This document shows positions 1 through 7,880 of a stretch of DNA of 32,000 bases, piece by piece (position 1 is the first letter of the stretch; each line of letters starts with the position of its first letter). The notes under the pieces are model-generated. The model was not told where the DNA came from and searched no databases. It worked only from the letters and a program-made list of their open reading frames with translations. Position numbers and translations under genes: made by a program. The stretch is from Candidatus Nitrospira inopinata (GTDB lineage Bacteria > Nitrospirota > Nitrospiria > Nitrospirales > Nitrospiraceae), in assembly GCF_001458695.1 (NCBI RefSeq), contig NZ_LN885086.1, positions 2,160,001-2,192,000 on the forward strand, read 5' to 3'.

Positions 1-282
1 TTGCTCATGCAGGTATCGGGAAACAAGCCCTGTTTCGTACCGTTTGACGGTCAGATCAAAATAGCCCGTGACTCCCGGCAGAGACGACGGCGTATAGGCC
101 CGTTTCACCGTCTTGCCGTTGAGAGTGGCGTGGACATAGAGAAAATCTCCCGGCAACATGTCCAATGTCGCGTCGGCAGGGAGTTCAAACCGAAACGTCT
201 TGGTGTCGTGTGTATCCGGCTCAATCTGGATCAGTTTGTAGGGAACGGGTGACGCGGTCTTGATGCGAGCGATACGGTCCAT
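1..282 (-). CDS. FAD-binding oxidoreductase of the ferredoxin-reductase (FNR) type, N-terminal part; the 3' end runs off the window
   Basis: This ORF is absent from the supplied track because it is open at the window edge. The reverse complement of 1-282 starts at an ATG (complement of 280-282). It reads MDRIARIKTASPVPYKLIQIEPDTHDTKTFRFELPADATLDMLPGDFLYVHATLNGKTVKRAYTPSSLPGVTGYFDLTVKRYETGLVSRYLHEQ with no stop. RAYTPSS matches the R-x-Y-T/S FAD-binding motif of the FNR / cytochrome b5 reductase superfamily. Confidence 0.7.
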   Translation of the reverse strand, partial: MDRIARIKTASPVPYKLIQIEPDTHDTKTFRFELPADATLDMLPGDFLYVHATLNGKTVKRAYTPSSLPGVTGYFDLTVKRYETGLVSRYLHEQ

Positions 283-501
283 ACGGGAGCGCCATCATAC
301 GAGGTCTATCCCCTTGGCGCAATCTCAAAGTGCGGCGTTCCAACCGTTCGTCGTATTTGCGCGGCGGCTGAATAGGCTTTCTCCGTGGCGACTGCCGGTT
401 TCGAATCCGTGTGCTTGTCGAAGGAAAGACCTCGGCCGGTCACTTGTTGCTCAGAGAGGAGAAAGAAGGCTCGGTGGAATAGCGGGAGCAGAAGGAGGGG
501 G

Positions 502-1401
502 TCACCCGTCGTGGTCCGTTCTGACGTTCTCCGCCAACCGATGTTTTTCCAGGCCGGCCAGCACCGGACGAGCCGCCGCAATCCGGTGTTCGACCGCCTG
601 AATAAGCCAGCGCCGTGCCTCGTCGGTATCGCGCTTGACGCCTCGCCCAAATGCGTACATGACTCCCAGCACGTACATGGCTTCTCCATTGCCGGCTTCC
701 GCCAAACGGCGCAGTCCGGTGGAGGCTTTGCCGTACCAATTGACCGATTCCGGCGCGTGTTGCCCGTTCCGCTGGGCGTAAAACCGCCCGAGGCGGTATT
801 GGGCAAAGGCATCGCCCTGTTCGGCCAAATGATGGTCGCGGGTCGCGTGCACGGTCGGAACGGAGTGGGGGACAGTGGTCGAAACCGTGGTTGGAACGGG
901 AGTCGTCTGGGGTGAAGTCGTATCGGCCTGGCGACCGAGAATCGGCTTCTCCTCTTGCTTGGCCGTGGGGCGAACCGCGGCTTTGGGTTCGGAACCAGGA
1001 AGGCCGGCAGGGAGTTTCTGCTTGGCTTCCTGTTGAGCGATAGGTCGGTTGGCCGCGGGTTGCGGCGTGACGACCTTGTGAGATTCGAGCCGGTCTATTT
1101 TCTTTGACGGTCCGTTCAACGCGAGGTCGGTATGACGAGGAGGATCGGTTGCCGCTGCGACGTGTTGATCGGTCGGCTGCTCCGGTCGGTTGCATCTCTC
1201 GTGCGAATCGGCGGAAAAACTCAAGTCAAGATTCCGGAGACAGTCGGCGGATTGATCCGGCGAAGGGAGCCACACGTTCAGCGCGGATATGCCGCCCACC
1301 ATGGTCAGGGCAAGGAATGCCCATCGTGTCAACCGACGTTTGACGAGTTGTCGATCGCTGGGAGGGACGAGGACGAGTCCGGGATAGCCCTGTTTGGCCA
1401 T
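502..1401 (-). CDS. Membrane-anchored Sel1-like (SLR/TPR) repeat protein with a long Pro/Thr/Gln-rich linker
   Basis: This is the C-terminal part of track ORF 502..1746. It contains Sel1-type repeats (AEQGDAFAQYRLGRFYAQ, AEAGNGEAMYVLGVMYAFGRGVKRDTDEARRWLIQA). I place the start at the internal ATG (complement of 1399-1401, MAKQGYPGL...), which is followed by a hydrophobic anchor, WAFLALTMVGGISALNVWL. The upstream 115 codons look non-coding because they are Arg/Pro/Ser rich. Confidence 0.7.
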   Translation of the reverse strand: MAKQGYPGLVLVPPSDRQLVKRRLTRWAFLALTMVGGISALNVWLPSPDQSADCLRNLDLSFSADSHERCNRPEQPTDQHVAAATDPPRHTDLALNGPSKKIDRLESHKVVTPQPAANRPIAQQEAKQKLPAGLPGSEPKAAVRPTAKQEEKPILGRQADTTSPQTTPVPTTVSTTVPHSVPTVHATRDHHLAEQGDAFAQYRLGRFYAQRNGQHAPESVNWYGKASTGLRRLAEAGNGEAMYVLGVMYAFGRGVKRDTDEARRWLIQAVEHRIAAARPVLAGLEKHRLAENVRTDHDG

Positions 1402-1566
1402 ACGCGCTCCGGGAAAACTCTCGGCCAGTATACCAAGACATCGGCGGCTTGTCTCGCGATTCTTCTCGAAGGACGCTGAAGCGGCGGGGAGGGGCGAAAA
1501 CTGACCGCGCCGACAGAGTAGGGCGGAGTCCTGAACCCGTTGCCGGGGCTTGGTCGGCCGCGCCTC

Positions 1567-1596
1567 TTGCCCTCTTTCATCGGGAGACTCTATAAA
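1567..1596 (+). promoter_or_regulatory. Candidate sigma-70 promoter for the 1644 gene
   Basis: TTGCCC (1567-1572), an 18-nt spacer, then TATAAA (1591-1596). It lies in the only AT-rich patch of the divergent intergenic region, about 45 nt upstream of the GTG start. Confidence 0.35.
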
Positions 1597-1643
1597 GATT
1601 AAACATAAAGCGGCAGCATGCGTATTCCAACAGGGGAGGGCTC

Positions 1644-2060
1644 GTGCAGTCGATTGACGCCAAGTTGACCGTGGTCGCGGCCGGCGGTCCGTTTCGTGAG
1701 CCGAGGGAAGAGGTCTTGTCGTATGACTATGCGATTCAACGCTCAACGTGGCCGACCCCGCACGGGGTCCGCGCCAAAGTGTCCATACCGGATGAGCTTG
1801 CGGTGTTTAAACGGCGATTGTTGGGCGAGATCACCGGCTCTCCTGGGCAGCAATTGGTGATCAACAACGTGCTTTCCAAGAAAATCGCCGATTGGAAAAT
1901 CCGAGTCGCCGAAACGGAAGGGCTCTTGACGGAGCGGCGCGATGTCATGCTGGCGCCGTTTGTCGGATCGCTCGCCCACTTGTTTCCCAGGCTGGAAGAG
2001 TGGTTCGTCTTGGAACAAGCGGCCGTTCGGGAGGAAATCCGAAAACGGGCCGGGATCTGA
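1644..2060 (+). CDS. Hypothetical protein (138 aa), no family recognised
   Basis: GTG start preceded by GGGGAGGG (RBS) about 5 nt upstream. The composition is protein-like (…LAVFKRRLLGEITGSPGQQLVINNVLSKKIADWKIRVAETEGLLTERRDVMLAPFVGSLAHLFPRLEEWFVLEQAAVREEIRKRAGI). The competing antisense ORF 1736..2236 is Ser/Arg/Thr-rich and looks spurious. Confidence 0.6.
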   Translation: MQSIDAKLTVVAAGGPFREPREEVLSYDYAIQRSTWPTPHGVRAKVSIPDELAVFKRRLLGEITGSPGQQLVINNVLSKKIADWKIRVAETEGLLTERRDVMLAPFVGSLAHLFPRLEEWFVLEQAAVREEIRKRAGI

Positions 2061-2066
2061 CGACGG

Positions 2067-2684
2067 TCAGAAGATTCTACGGTAGTGTTTGGAGTGCACG
2101 CCCGACTCGTCGGCGAATCCCAGAGACCCGGTGTCCGGATTGCCGGTGTCGTTGAGATCGATTCGGTAATGACCGCAGACGGCCTCCATCGCGACCTCGA
2201 ACGGGACGGCGCCCGGATAGAGACTGCCCGGGGCATGGGCGCCGCGGGTCAACGTGCGAAGGGTCTCCGCTTCCGCGAACGACGCGTCGGAAAAAATATA
2301 GATATTGGCGATCGCGTGATCGCCCAGAAGGTGACCCGGCGTGGTCGCGGGCAGTTGGTCGCCGAGGGTTCCGGCCAGTCGGTCGTGCTTGAGGCGTTTT
2401 AACAGCGCGGCGATCTGGCTGTCCGTCGCTTGCGGCGGCACGACCAATCCGATCGCGTTCATCTCAGGGACCGTCGAGCGGACGTTAAAAATGACGGGGG
2501 CCGCGTCCGGATCCTCGATGGAAGAGACGGTAGGGCCTTCGGTGCCGGTCGCCTGTTTGTTGCGGGAGCTTGGAACGATCAGGGCGACGAACAGCCACAA
2601 TCCCACCAACACCCCCAGCAGGACGAGCATGGGATGGAGGCCGGCCCGTTTTCCCTCTTCGTAAGGACCCTGTTGTTCGCTCAT
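2067..2684 (-). CDS. Hypothetical single-pass membrane protein (205 aa)
   Basis: N-terminal transmembrane helix LHPMLVLLGVLVGLWLFVALIV followed by a soluble domain. The stop codon of mazG overlaps this gene's start codon in a 4-nt overlap at 2681-2684, which implies co-transcription. Confidence 0.65.
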   Translation of the reverse strand: MSEQQGPYEEGKRAGLHPMLVLLGVLVGLWLFVALIVPSSRNKQATGTEGPTVSSIEDPDAAPVIFNVRSTVPEMNAIGLVVPPQATDSQIAALLKRLKHDRLAGTLGDQLPATTPGHLLGDHAIANIYIFSDASFAEAETLRTLTRGAHAPGSLYPGAVPFEVAMEAVCGHYRIDLNDTGNPDTGSLGFADESGVHSKHYRRIF

Positions 2685-3577
2685 CCACCGTCGCCTTTCT
2701 TCAAAACGGTCCGTGCAGGCGCAGATTGATCCGGCCGGGAATCGGCGAGGCGCCGTTTCGCCTCTTCCCAGAGGAGATCCATGTCGGCCAAGGTCATGTC
2801 CGTGAGGGATCGTCCCTGTTCAGCCGCCAGGGCCTCAACCAAATGAAACCGATCGACAAACCGATTCGTCGCCCGCCGAAGGGCTTCTTCCGGGTTCACC
2901 TTGAGAAAACGGGCCAGGTTCACGAGCGAAAACAGGATGTCCCCCAGTTCCGCTTCGACCTCGGTCTGCTTGGTCGGCGGGGCGGAGGCGGGATCTGTTT
3001 CGGCATCCCCCAAGGCCTGTTTCAATTCGCCGATTTCTTCCACGATTTTCCCAAAGATTTGTTCAAGCCCGCCGGCATTGTGTGGCCAGTCAAATCCTAT
3101 GCGGGAGGCTCTGGCCTGGATCTGATAAGCGCGCAACAGGGCTGGAAGCGTCTTGGGAACCCCATCGAGGGCTGATGGGGGGTGTCCTGCCGCTTCGCGC
3201 TCGGCCCGTTTGATCTGTTCCCATTGACTCAGCACCTGATCGCTGTTGGTGACGGAGCCGGGCCGGCCGTCCGTGGCAAACACATGGGGGTGCCGGCGGA
3301 TCAGTTTTTCGGCTAACGTCTCCAGCACATCGTCGATGGTAAAGGTACCGGCTTCGGCGGCGATCTGGCTGTGAAACAACACTTGCAGCAGCACGTCGCC
3401 CAGTTCCTCCCGCAGCTTGGCCTCGTCGCCCTGGTCGATCGTCTCCAGCACCTCATAGGTTTCTTCGAGCAGATAGGGCTTGAGCGATTCATGGGTCTGT
3501 TTGCGGTCCCACGGGCATCCGTTCGGAGCGCGCAGCGCCGCCATGATACCTGCTACCTTGTCGAAGTGTTCCGACAT
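2681..3577 (-). CDS. mazG: Nucleoside triphosphate pyrophosphohydrolase MazG (tandem MazG domains)
   Basis: LRAPNGCPWDRKQTHESLKPYLLEETYEVLETI…EELGDVLLQVLFHSQIA…KLIRRHPHVF is the canonical MazG signature. A second EELGDILFSLVNLARF repeat sits in the C-terminal half. Confidence 0.92.
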   Translation of the reverse strand: MSEHFDKVAGIMAALRAPNGCPWDRKQTHESLKPYLLEETYEVLETIDQGDEAKLREELGDVLLQVLFHSQIAAEAGTFTIDDVLETLAEKLIRRHPHVFATDGRPGSVTNSDQVLSQWEQIKRAEREAAGHPPSALDGVPKTLPALLRAYQIQARASRIGFDWPHNAGGLEQIFGKIVEEIGELKQALGDAETDPASAPPTKQTEVEAELGDILFSLVNLARFLKVNPEEALRRATNRFVDRFHLVEALAAEQGRSLTDMTLADMDLLWEEAKRRLADSRPDQSAPARTVLKKGDGG

Positions 3578-3621
3578 GATCCGCCTTCTCCCATCCGCCG
3601 ATCAATGATGCCCGATGCGCC

Positions 3622-3643
3622 GTCACTCTATACCGAGAGTGAC
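3622..3643. repeat. Perfect 8-bp inverted repeat with a 6-nt loop (GTCACTCT-ataccg-AGAGTGAC)
   Basis: Read directly from the sequence. It lies 45 nt upstream of the mazG start codon. It could be an operator or an RNA hairpin; the function is unknown. Confidence 0.3.
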
Positions 3644-3728
3644 TGTCTCTTCAATGTCGGCGGCAAACGACCATAGGACTGGACAGTGGATATGAATCGG
3701 CCGGCTAAGGTGCGCAAGCGTTGTTCTT

Positions 3729-3916
3729 GCGCCGCATGAACAGCGGGTGTGTTTGCCACCCATTTGCTTGAGGGCCGCCATGGTATCCGGACGATTCAGA
3801 GTTTCTGGGCACTAGGACGCCAATACGACCATGACCCACACGCAGGTCTTCAATCGAGGTGGGAGTTGACAGCCCTGCAGACGCGCTGGGACAAGGATGA
3901 AGCCCTTCGGCGCTAG
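3729..3916 (+). pseudogene. Decayed C-terminal fragment of a tyrosine recombinase (phage-integrase family)
   Basis: The plus strand reads A-P-H-E-Q-R-V-C (3729-3752). After a 1-nt frame change near 3750 it reads FATHLLEGRHGIRTIQSFWALGRQYDHDPH… to a TAG at 3914-3916. This matches the family consensus tPHtLRHsFATHLLEaGyDIRTIQeLLGH…tt.iYtH. There is an in-frame TGA just upstream, no N-terminal half, and the spacing to the putative catalytic Tyr is shortened. Confidence 0.55.
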
Positions 3917-3968
3917 AATGGAACTACGCCGGTCCGGATCGCGCGCCATCGCGACGCTGTGGAGAAGG

Positions 3969-3997
3969 TTGACAAGTGATGGAACCCGCCTAAGAAT
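3969..3997 (+). promoter_or_regulatory. Candidate sigma-70 promoter for the 4089 gene
   Basis: Consensus TTGACA (3969-3974), a 16-17 nt spacer, then TAAGAA/AAGAAT (3991-3997), about 90 nt upstream of the ATG at 4089. Confidence 0.4.
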
Positions 3998-4088
3998 CCC
4001 GCGCCGGCAAGCAGTCTGTAGGTGCGTACTATACCGGTCAGTATACTCAAATGGTTAGGCCGACATCCGAACACGCGAGAGGAGAATC

Positions 4089-4664
4089 ATGAGCAAAGTA
4101 TTCGTCAACATCAGCCTTAGTCTCGATGGCTACATGGCGCCGGAAGGCATGACCATGGCGAACTGGGACAACCCTGACTACAAGGACTGGGGTGTCAAGT
4201 GGGGTGCGCTGATGGGCTGGATATTCAACCAACAGTACTTCCTCGAGAATCTCAAGCTCGGACCAGGCGGAGAGACCGGCCCAGTCAATGAGTTGCTTCG
4301 CAACACCACGGAGCGTATCGGTGCTAACATTATGGGCAGGCGAATGTTCGACGGTGGGGAGCGCGGTTGGCCAGAGGCGGCTCCGTTTCACACGCCGGTA
4401 TACGTTCTTACCCATGAGAAACGCGAACCCTGGGTACGCCCCGGTGGGACGACCTTTTACTTCGTCAATGAAGGGCCGGAGCGTGCCCTAGAGTTGGCTC
4501 GGGAATCCGCAGGCAGTCGTGATATTCGTATCGCGGGTGGAGCGGATGCGATCCAGCAGTACCTGAACCTGGGTGTCGTTGACGAGTTGGAAATTGCCTT
4601 GGTACCTGTGCTGAATACAAAGAACGGCTCAAGGCCCGCTCCAAGTAGATCGATAGCTGGATAA
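4089..4664 (+). CDS. RibD C-terminal domain / dihydrofolate-reductase-like family protein, probably truncated at the C terminus
   Basis: MSKVFVNISLSLDGYMA… / RIGANIMGRRMF / PVYVLTH / DIRIAGGADAIQQYLNLGVVDELEIALVPVL is the typical RibD_C layout. RBS GAGAGGAGAA lies upstream. Only 16 residues follow the ELxIxLVPVL strand, whereas the family members I know continue for roughly 40 more. Codon choice (GGT, CGT, GTA, CTT, TTG) differs from that of the neighbouring genes. Confidence 0.75.
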   Translation: MSKVFVNISLSLDGYMAPEGMTMANWDNPDYKDWGVKWGALMGWIFNQQYFLENLKLGPGGETGPVNELLRNTTERIGANIMGRRMFDGGERGWPEAAPFHTPVYVLTHEKREPWVRPGGTTFYFVNEGPERALELARESAGSRDIRIAGGADAIQQYLNLGVVDELEIALVPVLNTKNGSRPAPSRSIAG

Positions 4665-4956
4665 CCACCTATCTGATCGAAGTCATTTAAAGAAAAATCA
4701 CCTCACAGGCCCCTGTGGCATCCGGCTTTACCGGCCTTCAATGGTCATTCACGCCGCAGCTTTTGTGCGGGCTCGAGCGGTTGTGTGCGTTTCTCAGGTT
4801 CGGGGCCATGCGCCGGATCTGCGATGCCAAGGATGACATCTCACCAGCATTCAGGACCGGGCTTGTCGCGGCCGTCGGCTTGCGGGGTAACAGCCCCTAT
4901 GGTAGGGTACCCGACATGCGGGGTTCGTCGATTGAGGAGCAGGGCGGGAGGAGAGA

Positions 4957-5349
4957 ATGAGCGAACAGGAACAAGGGTTTGTGGTGCGGGATCGGCGGGG
5001 GAGCGGCGGGTCGGGGACGAGCGGACCATCGGCGGCCGAAGAGACGCGGGCGGCATCCTCATCGAGGCCTGACGTCGAGGCGCCGCAGGAGGCTCCGCCG
5101 CTTCCGGTGACGTTCTCGTCATTCGTCATTTCGTTGGGCTCTTCCGCGTTGATGTTGATGGGGGAGCAACTGGATCCTCGTCAAGAGGCGATATCCGTCA
5201 ATCTCCCCCAGGCGAAAGAAATCATCGACCTCCTCTCGGTTTTGGAAGAAAAGACCAAAGGCAATCTGACGTCCGAAGAGCAGACGGTCTTGCGGGATAT
5301 GCTCTATGCGCTTCGCCTGAAGTACGTTGCGTTGGTCCCGTCTAAGTAG
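4957..5349 (+). CDS. DUF1844 domain-containing protein
   Basis: Strong RBS GGGAGGAG upstream. …PPLPVTFSSFVISLGSSALMLMGE…NLPQAKEIIDLLSVLEEKTKGNLTSEEQTVLRDMLYALRLKYV matches the DUF1844 pattern, preceded by an acidic/Gly-rich N-terminal tail. Confidence 0.8.
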   Translation: MSEQEQGFVVRDRRGSGGSGTSGPSAAEETRAASSSRPDVEAPQEAPPLPVTFSSFVISLGSSALMLMGEQLDPRQEAISVNLPQAKEIIDLLSVLEEKTKGNLTSEEQTVLRDMLYALRLKYVALVPSK

Positions 5350-5463
5350 AATTCCGGTCTGACTCTCTCCCGGCTGGCCTCTGATTCCGATGGTTCTCCG
5401 AGCGAGAGGCGGTTGTTCGGGTGAGTGACGGGGTTGCGTCTTTTCCGGCTCTGGCGGGCGGCC

Positions 5464-7842
5464 ATGGAGAATCGTCAAAGAAAAGAGACCGATCTCATGC
5501 CAGAGCCAAGCCAGTTGGCGAACGGTTCCGGCGGACCATCCTCCCCCCCAATCGACCACATCGACGATCGCCGGCAGCCGATCTCCGTTCCCCACCCGCG
5601 TGGAAACCCTTCGGGCGCCTCCAGAGAGCCGGATCGAAAAAAACCGCACCTCCGTCCCGTCTGGATCGTGCTGATCCTGTTGATTCCCTGCCTGGCGTTG
5701 ACGTTCTACTACGCGCAAATGGTCGTGCCGGGCGGCGAGGAGAAGGGATCGCTCGTGCCGACGGCCGGCTACGCCATCGTGCTGTTGCTGGTGAATCTCG
5801 ATTTGATCGGGCTGGTCGTTCTGACCCTGCTCCTGTCCCGCAATTTGATCAAGGCCTATTTCGAGCGCCGCCATCGACTCGTCGGCTCCGGCTTTCGCAC
5901 CAAGCTCATCGCGGCGTTCATCGGGTTCTCGCTGATCCCGACCGTGCTGCTCGCGATCGTCGCCAGCGGGTTTCTCAACAAGGCGGTGGATGTCTGGTTC
6001 AGCGAGCAGATCGAAAACGTCATGCGGGACTCATATGAGGTCGCGCGGTTGCAGCAGGCCGGGCACATCGCGTTGGCGGTCAACAGCGCGCGGGCGATCG
6101 GGCAGGAAATATACCGCGAGGACATGCTGCTGCCGGAGCAGCGGGATCTTCTCATCGCGGCGATGGCGCGGAAACGCGCGGAATATGGAGTCGCGGGGAT
6201 CGAGGTCTTTTCCAACAAGATGGAAGCCCTCACCAAGACGTTTGATACCAGCGTGCCGGAGGGCGTGTTGGATCTGCCGGTCAGCCAACTCGTCCTTCAG
6301 GCCATCAACGGCAAGCAGGAATCCACTTCCGTGCAAGAGGCCCAATCGGGCCGGTTGGTGCGGACGGCCATTCCGGTGCCTTCCGGCATCCGAAGCGGGG
6401 AGGTGGCCGGTGTCGTGGTGGTCGAAACCTACGTGCCGGAGTCGCTGCTGACGAAAATGGAAGGCATCAGCCGACAATATGAAGAGTACAAGCAGATCAA
6501 GGCGATGAAAAACCCCATCAAAGCGGGCGCCTATCTTGTGATCGCCATCGTAACGGTCATGATTCTGTTCAGCGCGACCTGGTTCGGTTTTTACGTGGCG
6601 CGCGGCATCACCGTGCCGATCCAACGATTGGCCGAAGCGACCGAGGCGGTGGCGCAAGGGGACCTCACCGTCCAGATCGACGCCAAGGCCACGGATGAAA
6701 TCGGCACCCTCATCGCGTCTTTTAACCGGATGACGCAGGATCTGCAAACCAGCAAATCCAAATTGGAAGAAGCCAATCTGACGCTCTGGAACACGAACGT
6801 CGAGCTGGATCGCCGGCGGGCCTATATCGAAACGGTCGTGGCCACGATCCCGACGGGCCTGTTGTCGATCGATCGCTTCGGCATGATCACGACGTTCAAC
6901 CCGTCGGGTGAGCGCATTCTCGGGCTTGCGGGCGACCGGCTGCGGGGGCGTCAGGCCAACGAGGTCTTTAAAGAATTCGGACTCGACGTCTTTCAGACCG
7001 CCTACGACCGTCTGTTGGCCGAGGAGCGGAACGACGTGAGCCTGGAAGGACAGTTGGACGTTCAAGGCAAGCTGATCACGATTCGACTGAGCGGATCGCG
7101 GATGAAAGACGAGGCGAACCAGGACCTGGGCTTCGTCTTGATCTTCGAGGACTTGACCGAGCTGATCAAGGCGCAGAAAGTCGCGGCGTGGCAGGAAGTG
7201 GCCAGGCGGCTCGCGCATGAGATCAAAAATCCGCTGACTCCCATTCAATTGTCGGCCCAACGGCTTCGCAAGAAGTTCTTCGAGCAGGCGCCGGATTTCA
7301 ATCGTGTGTTCGACGAGGCGACGAACGTCATCGTCAACGAAGTGGGGAGCATCAAGCACCTGTTGGACGAGTTCACGAAATTTGCCAGAATGCCGGTTCC
7401 TCAGATGACGCGCCAGCCGCTGCACGACGTCGTGCGGGAAGTGGCCGCCATGTATCAGTCGGTACAAAAGGACATCGAGGTCCTTTTAGAATTGGACGAA
7501 GATCTGCCCTTGCTCAATTTCGATCGCGATCAGCTCAAACGGGTCTTCGTCAACCTGTTCGACAACGCCGTTCAAGCGATGAATCAAAAGGGGCGGATCT
7601 GGGTGAGCACGAAGTATGATGCCAAGCGGAAGCGGGCGGTGGTGACCGTGGCGGACGAAGGTCCTGGCATCCAGCCGGAGGATCAAGAGCGGCTGTTCGT
7701 GCCCTATTTTACGCGGAAGAAGACCGGCACGGGTTTGGGGCTCGCGATCGTGCGGCGGATCATCACGGACCACGACGGGCAGATTCAGGCCGGCGCCAAT
7801 CATCCCAAGGGGGCGGTGTTTACGTTTGAGTTGCCGGTCTAA
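5464..7842 (+). CDS. ntrY: NtrY-type sensor histidine kinase (TM - HAMP - PAS - HisKA - HATPase)
   Basis: Multiple TM helices (VWIVLILLIPCLALTFYY, GYAIVLLLVNLDLIGLVVLTLLL, LIAAFIGFSLIPTVLLAIVA, AYLVIAIVTVMILFSATWFGFYVA). HAMP (ITVPIQRLAEATEAVAQGDL…DEIGTLIASFNRM). H-box HEIKNPLTPIQLSAQRL. N/G boxes (NLFDNAVQA, DEGPGI, GTGLGLAIV). The start is uncertain: ATG 5464 is used here, but ATG 5497 and GTG 5425 are also possible. Confidence 0.85.
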   Translation: MENRQRKETDLMPEPSQLANGSGGPSSPPIDHIDDRRQPISVPHPRGNPSGASREPDRKKPHLRPVWIVLILLIPCLALTFYYAQMVVPGGEEKGSLVPTAGYAIVLLLVNLDLIGLVVLTLLLSRNLIKAYFERRHRLVGSGFRTKLIAAFIGFSLIPTVLLAIVASGFLNKAVDVWFSEQIENVMRDSYEVARLQQAGHIALAVNSARAIGQEIYREDMLLPEQRDLLIAAMARKRAEYGVAGIEVFSNKMEALTKTFDTSVPEGVLDLPVSQLVLQAINGKQESTSVQEAQSGRLVRTAIPVPSGIRSGEVAGVVVVETYVPESLLTKMEGISRQYEEYKQIKAMKNPIKAGAYLVIAIVTVMILFSATWFGFYVARGITVPIQRLAEATEAVAQGDLTVQIDAKATDEIGTLIASFNRMTQDLQTSKSKLEEANLTLWNTNVELDRRRAYIETVVATIPTGLLSIDRFGMITTFNPSGERILGLAGDRLRGRQANEVFKEFGLDVFQTAYDRLLAEERNDVSLEGQLDVQGKLITIRLSGSRMKDEANQDLGFVLIFEDLTELIKAQKVAAWQEVARRLAHEIKNPLTPIQLSAQRLRKKFFEQAPDFNRVFDEATNVIVNEVGSIKHLLDEFTKFARMPVPQMTRQPLHDVVREVAAMYQSVQKDIEVLLELDEDLPLLNFDRDQLKRVFVNLFDNAVQAMNQKGRIWVSTKYDAKRKRAVVTVADEGPGIQPEDQERLFVPYFTRKKTGTGLGLAIVRRIITDHDGQIQAGANHPKGAVFTFELPV

Positions 7843-7880
7843 CGGGAGAACGAGAAATTCGAGAGCGAGGAGAGACGGGC

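Noticed and set aside
1-252. Track ORF 1..252 (+), 83 aa
   Set aside because: The opposite strand encodes a convincing FNR-type FAD-binding domain (RAYTPSS) across the same bases. The plus-strand translation has no recognisable features.
397-408. GGTTTCGAATCC, reminiscent of a tRNA T-loop (GGTTCGAATCC)
   Set aside because: It has an extra T, and I could not build flanking T-stem, acceptor, D or anticodon arms on either strand. It is probably chance or, at most, a tiny relic.
502-1746. The full-length track ORFs with long N-terminal extensions. These are 502..1746, 10400..11119, 11426..12538, 12475..13203, 13841..14767, 14655..15596, 19924..20760, 23999..25303, 28335..29627 and 29724..30986.
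   Set aside because: In each case the family-conserved N terminus begins at an internal ATG, usually with an RBS. The upstream extension is low-complexity or overlaps a neighbouring gene. I annotated the shorter forms.
3700-3960. A minus-strand reading of this region with weak integrase-like strings (EDLRVGH…, …TTLAHLS)
   Set aside because: The plus-strand reading (PHEQR…FATHLLEGRHGIRTIQ) matches the tyrosine-recombinase consensus far better. The minus-strand resemblance is pareidolia.
4716-4731. TGGCAT-ccggc-TTTAC as a sigma-54 promoter upstream of the DUF1844 gene
   Set aside because: It has no GC dinucleotide at the -12 position, and it lies about 230 nt from the start codon.
4885-4940. 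tRNA-like fragment (GCCC-ctatggta-GGGT, then a 7-nt loop containing CAT, then GGTTCG)
   Set aside because: The anticodon stem is only 3-4 bp. The loop lacks the conserved U33/purine-37 pattern. The putative T arm does not pair, and there is no acceptor stem.
4715-5129. Small ORFs in and around the 4665-4956 gap: 4715..4960 (+), 4785..5072 (+), 4841..5122 (-) and 4851..5129 (-)
   Set aside because: They have no RBS, their composition is Arg/Pro/Gly-rich, they overlap one another, and several overlap the well-supported DUF1844 gene.
6031-7467. A 478-aa ORF antisense to ntrY. Similar long antisense ORFs occur elsewhere: 17207..18640 (antisense to putA), 26047..27678 (antisense to the hybrid kinase), 19526..20419 (apbC), 21068..22000 (lipA), 10292..11089 (purN), 14737..15708 (SDR) and 15548..16204.
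   Set aside because: Each lies opposite a gene with unmistakable family motifs. Their translations are Arg/Pro/Gly/His-rich low-complexity strings with no recognisable domains. Long stop-free antisense frames are expected in GC-rich coding DNA.
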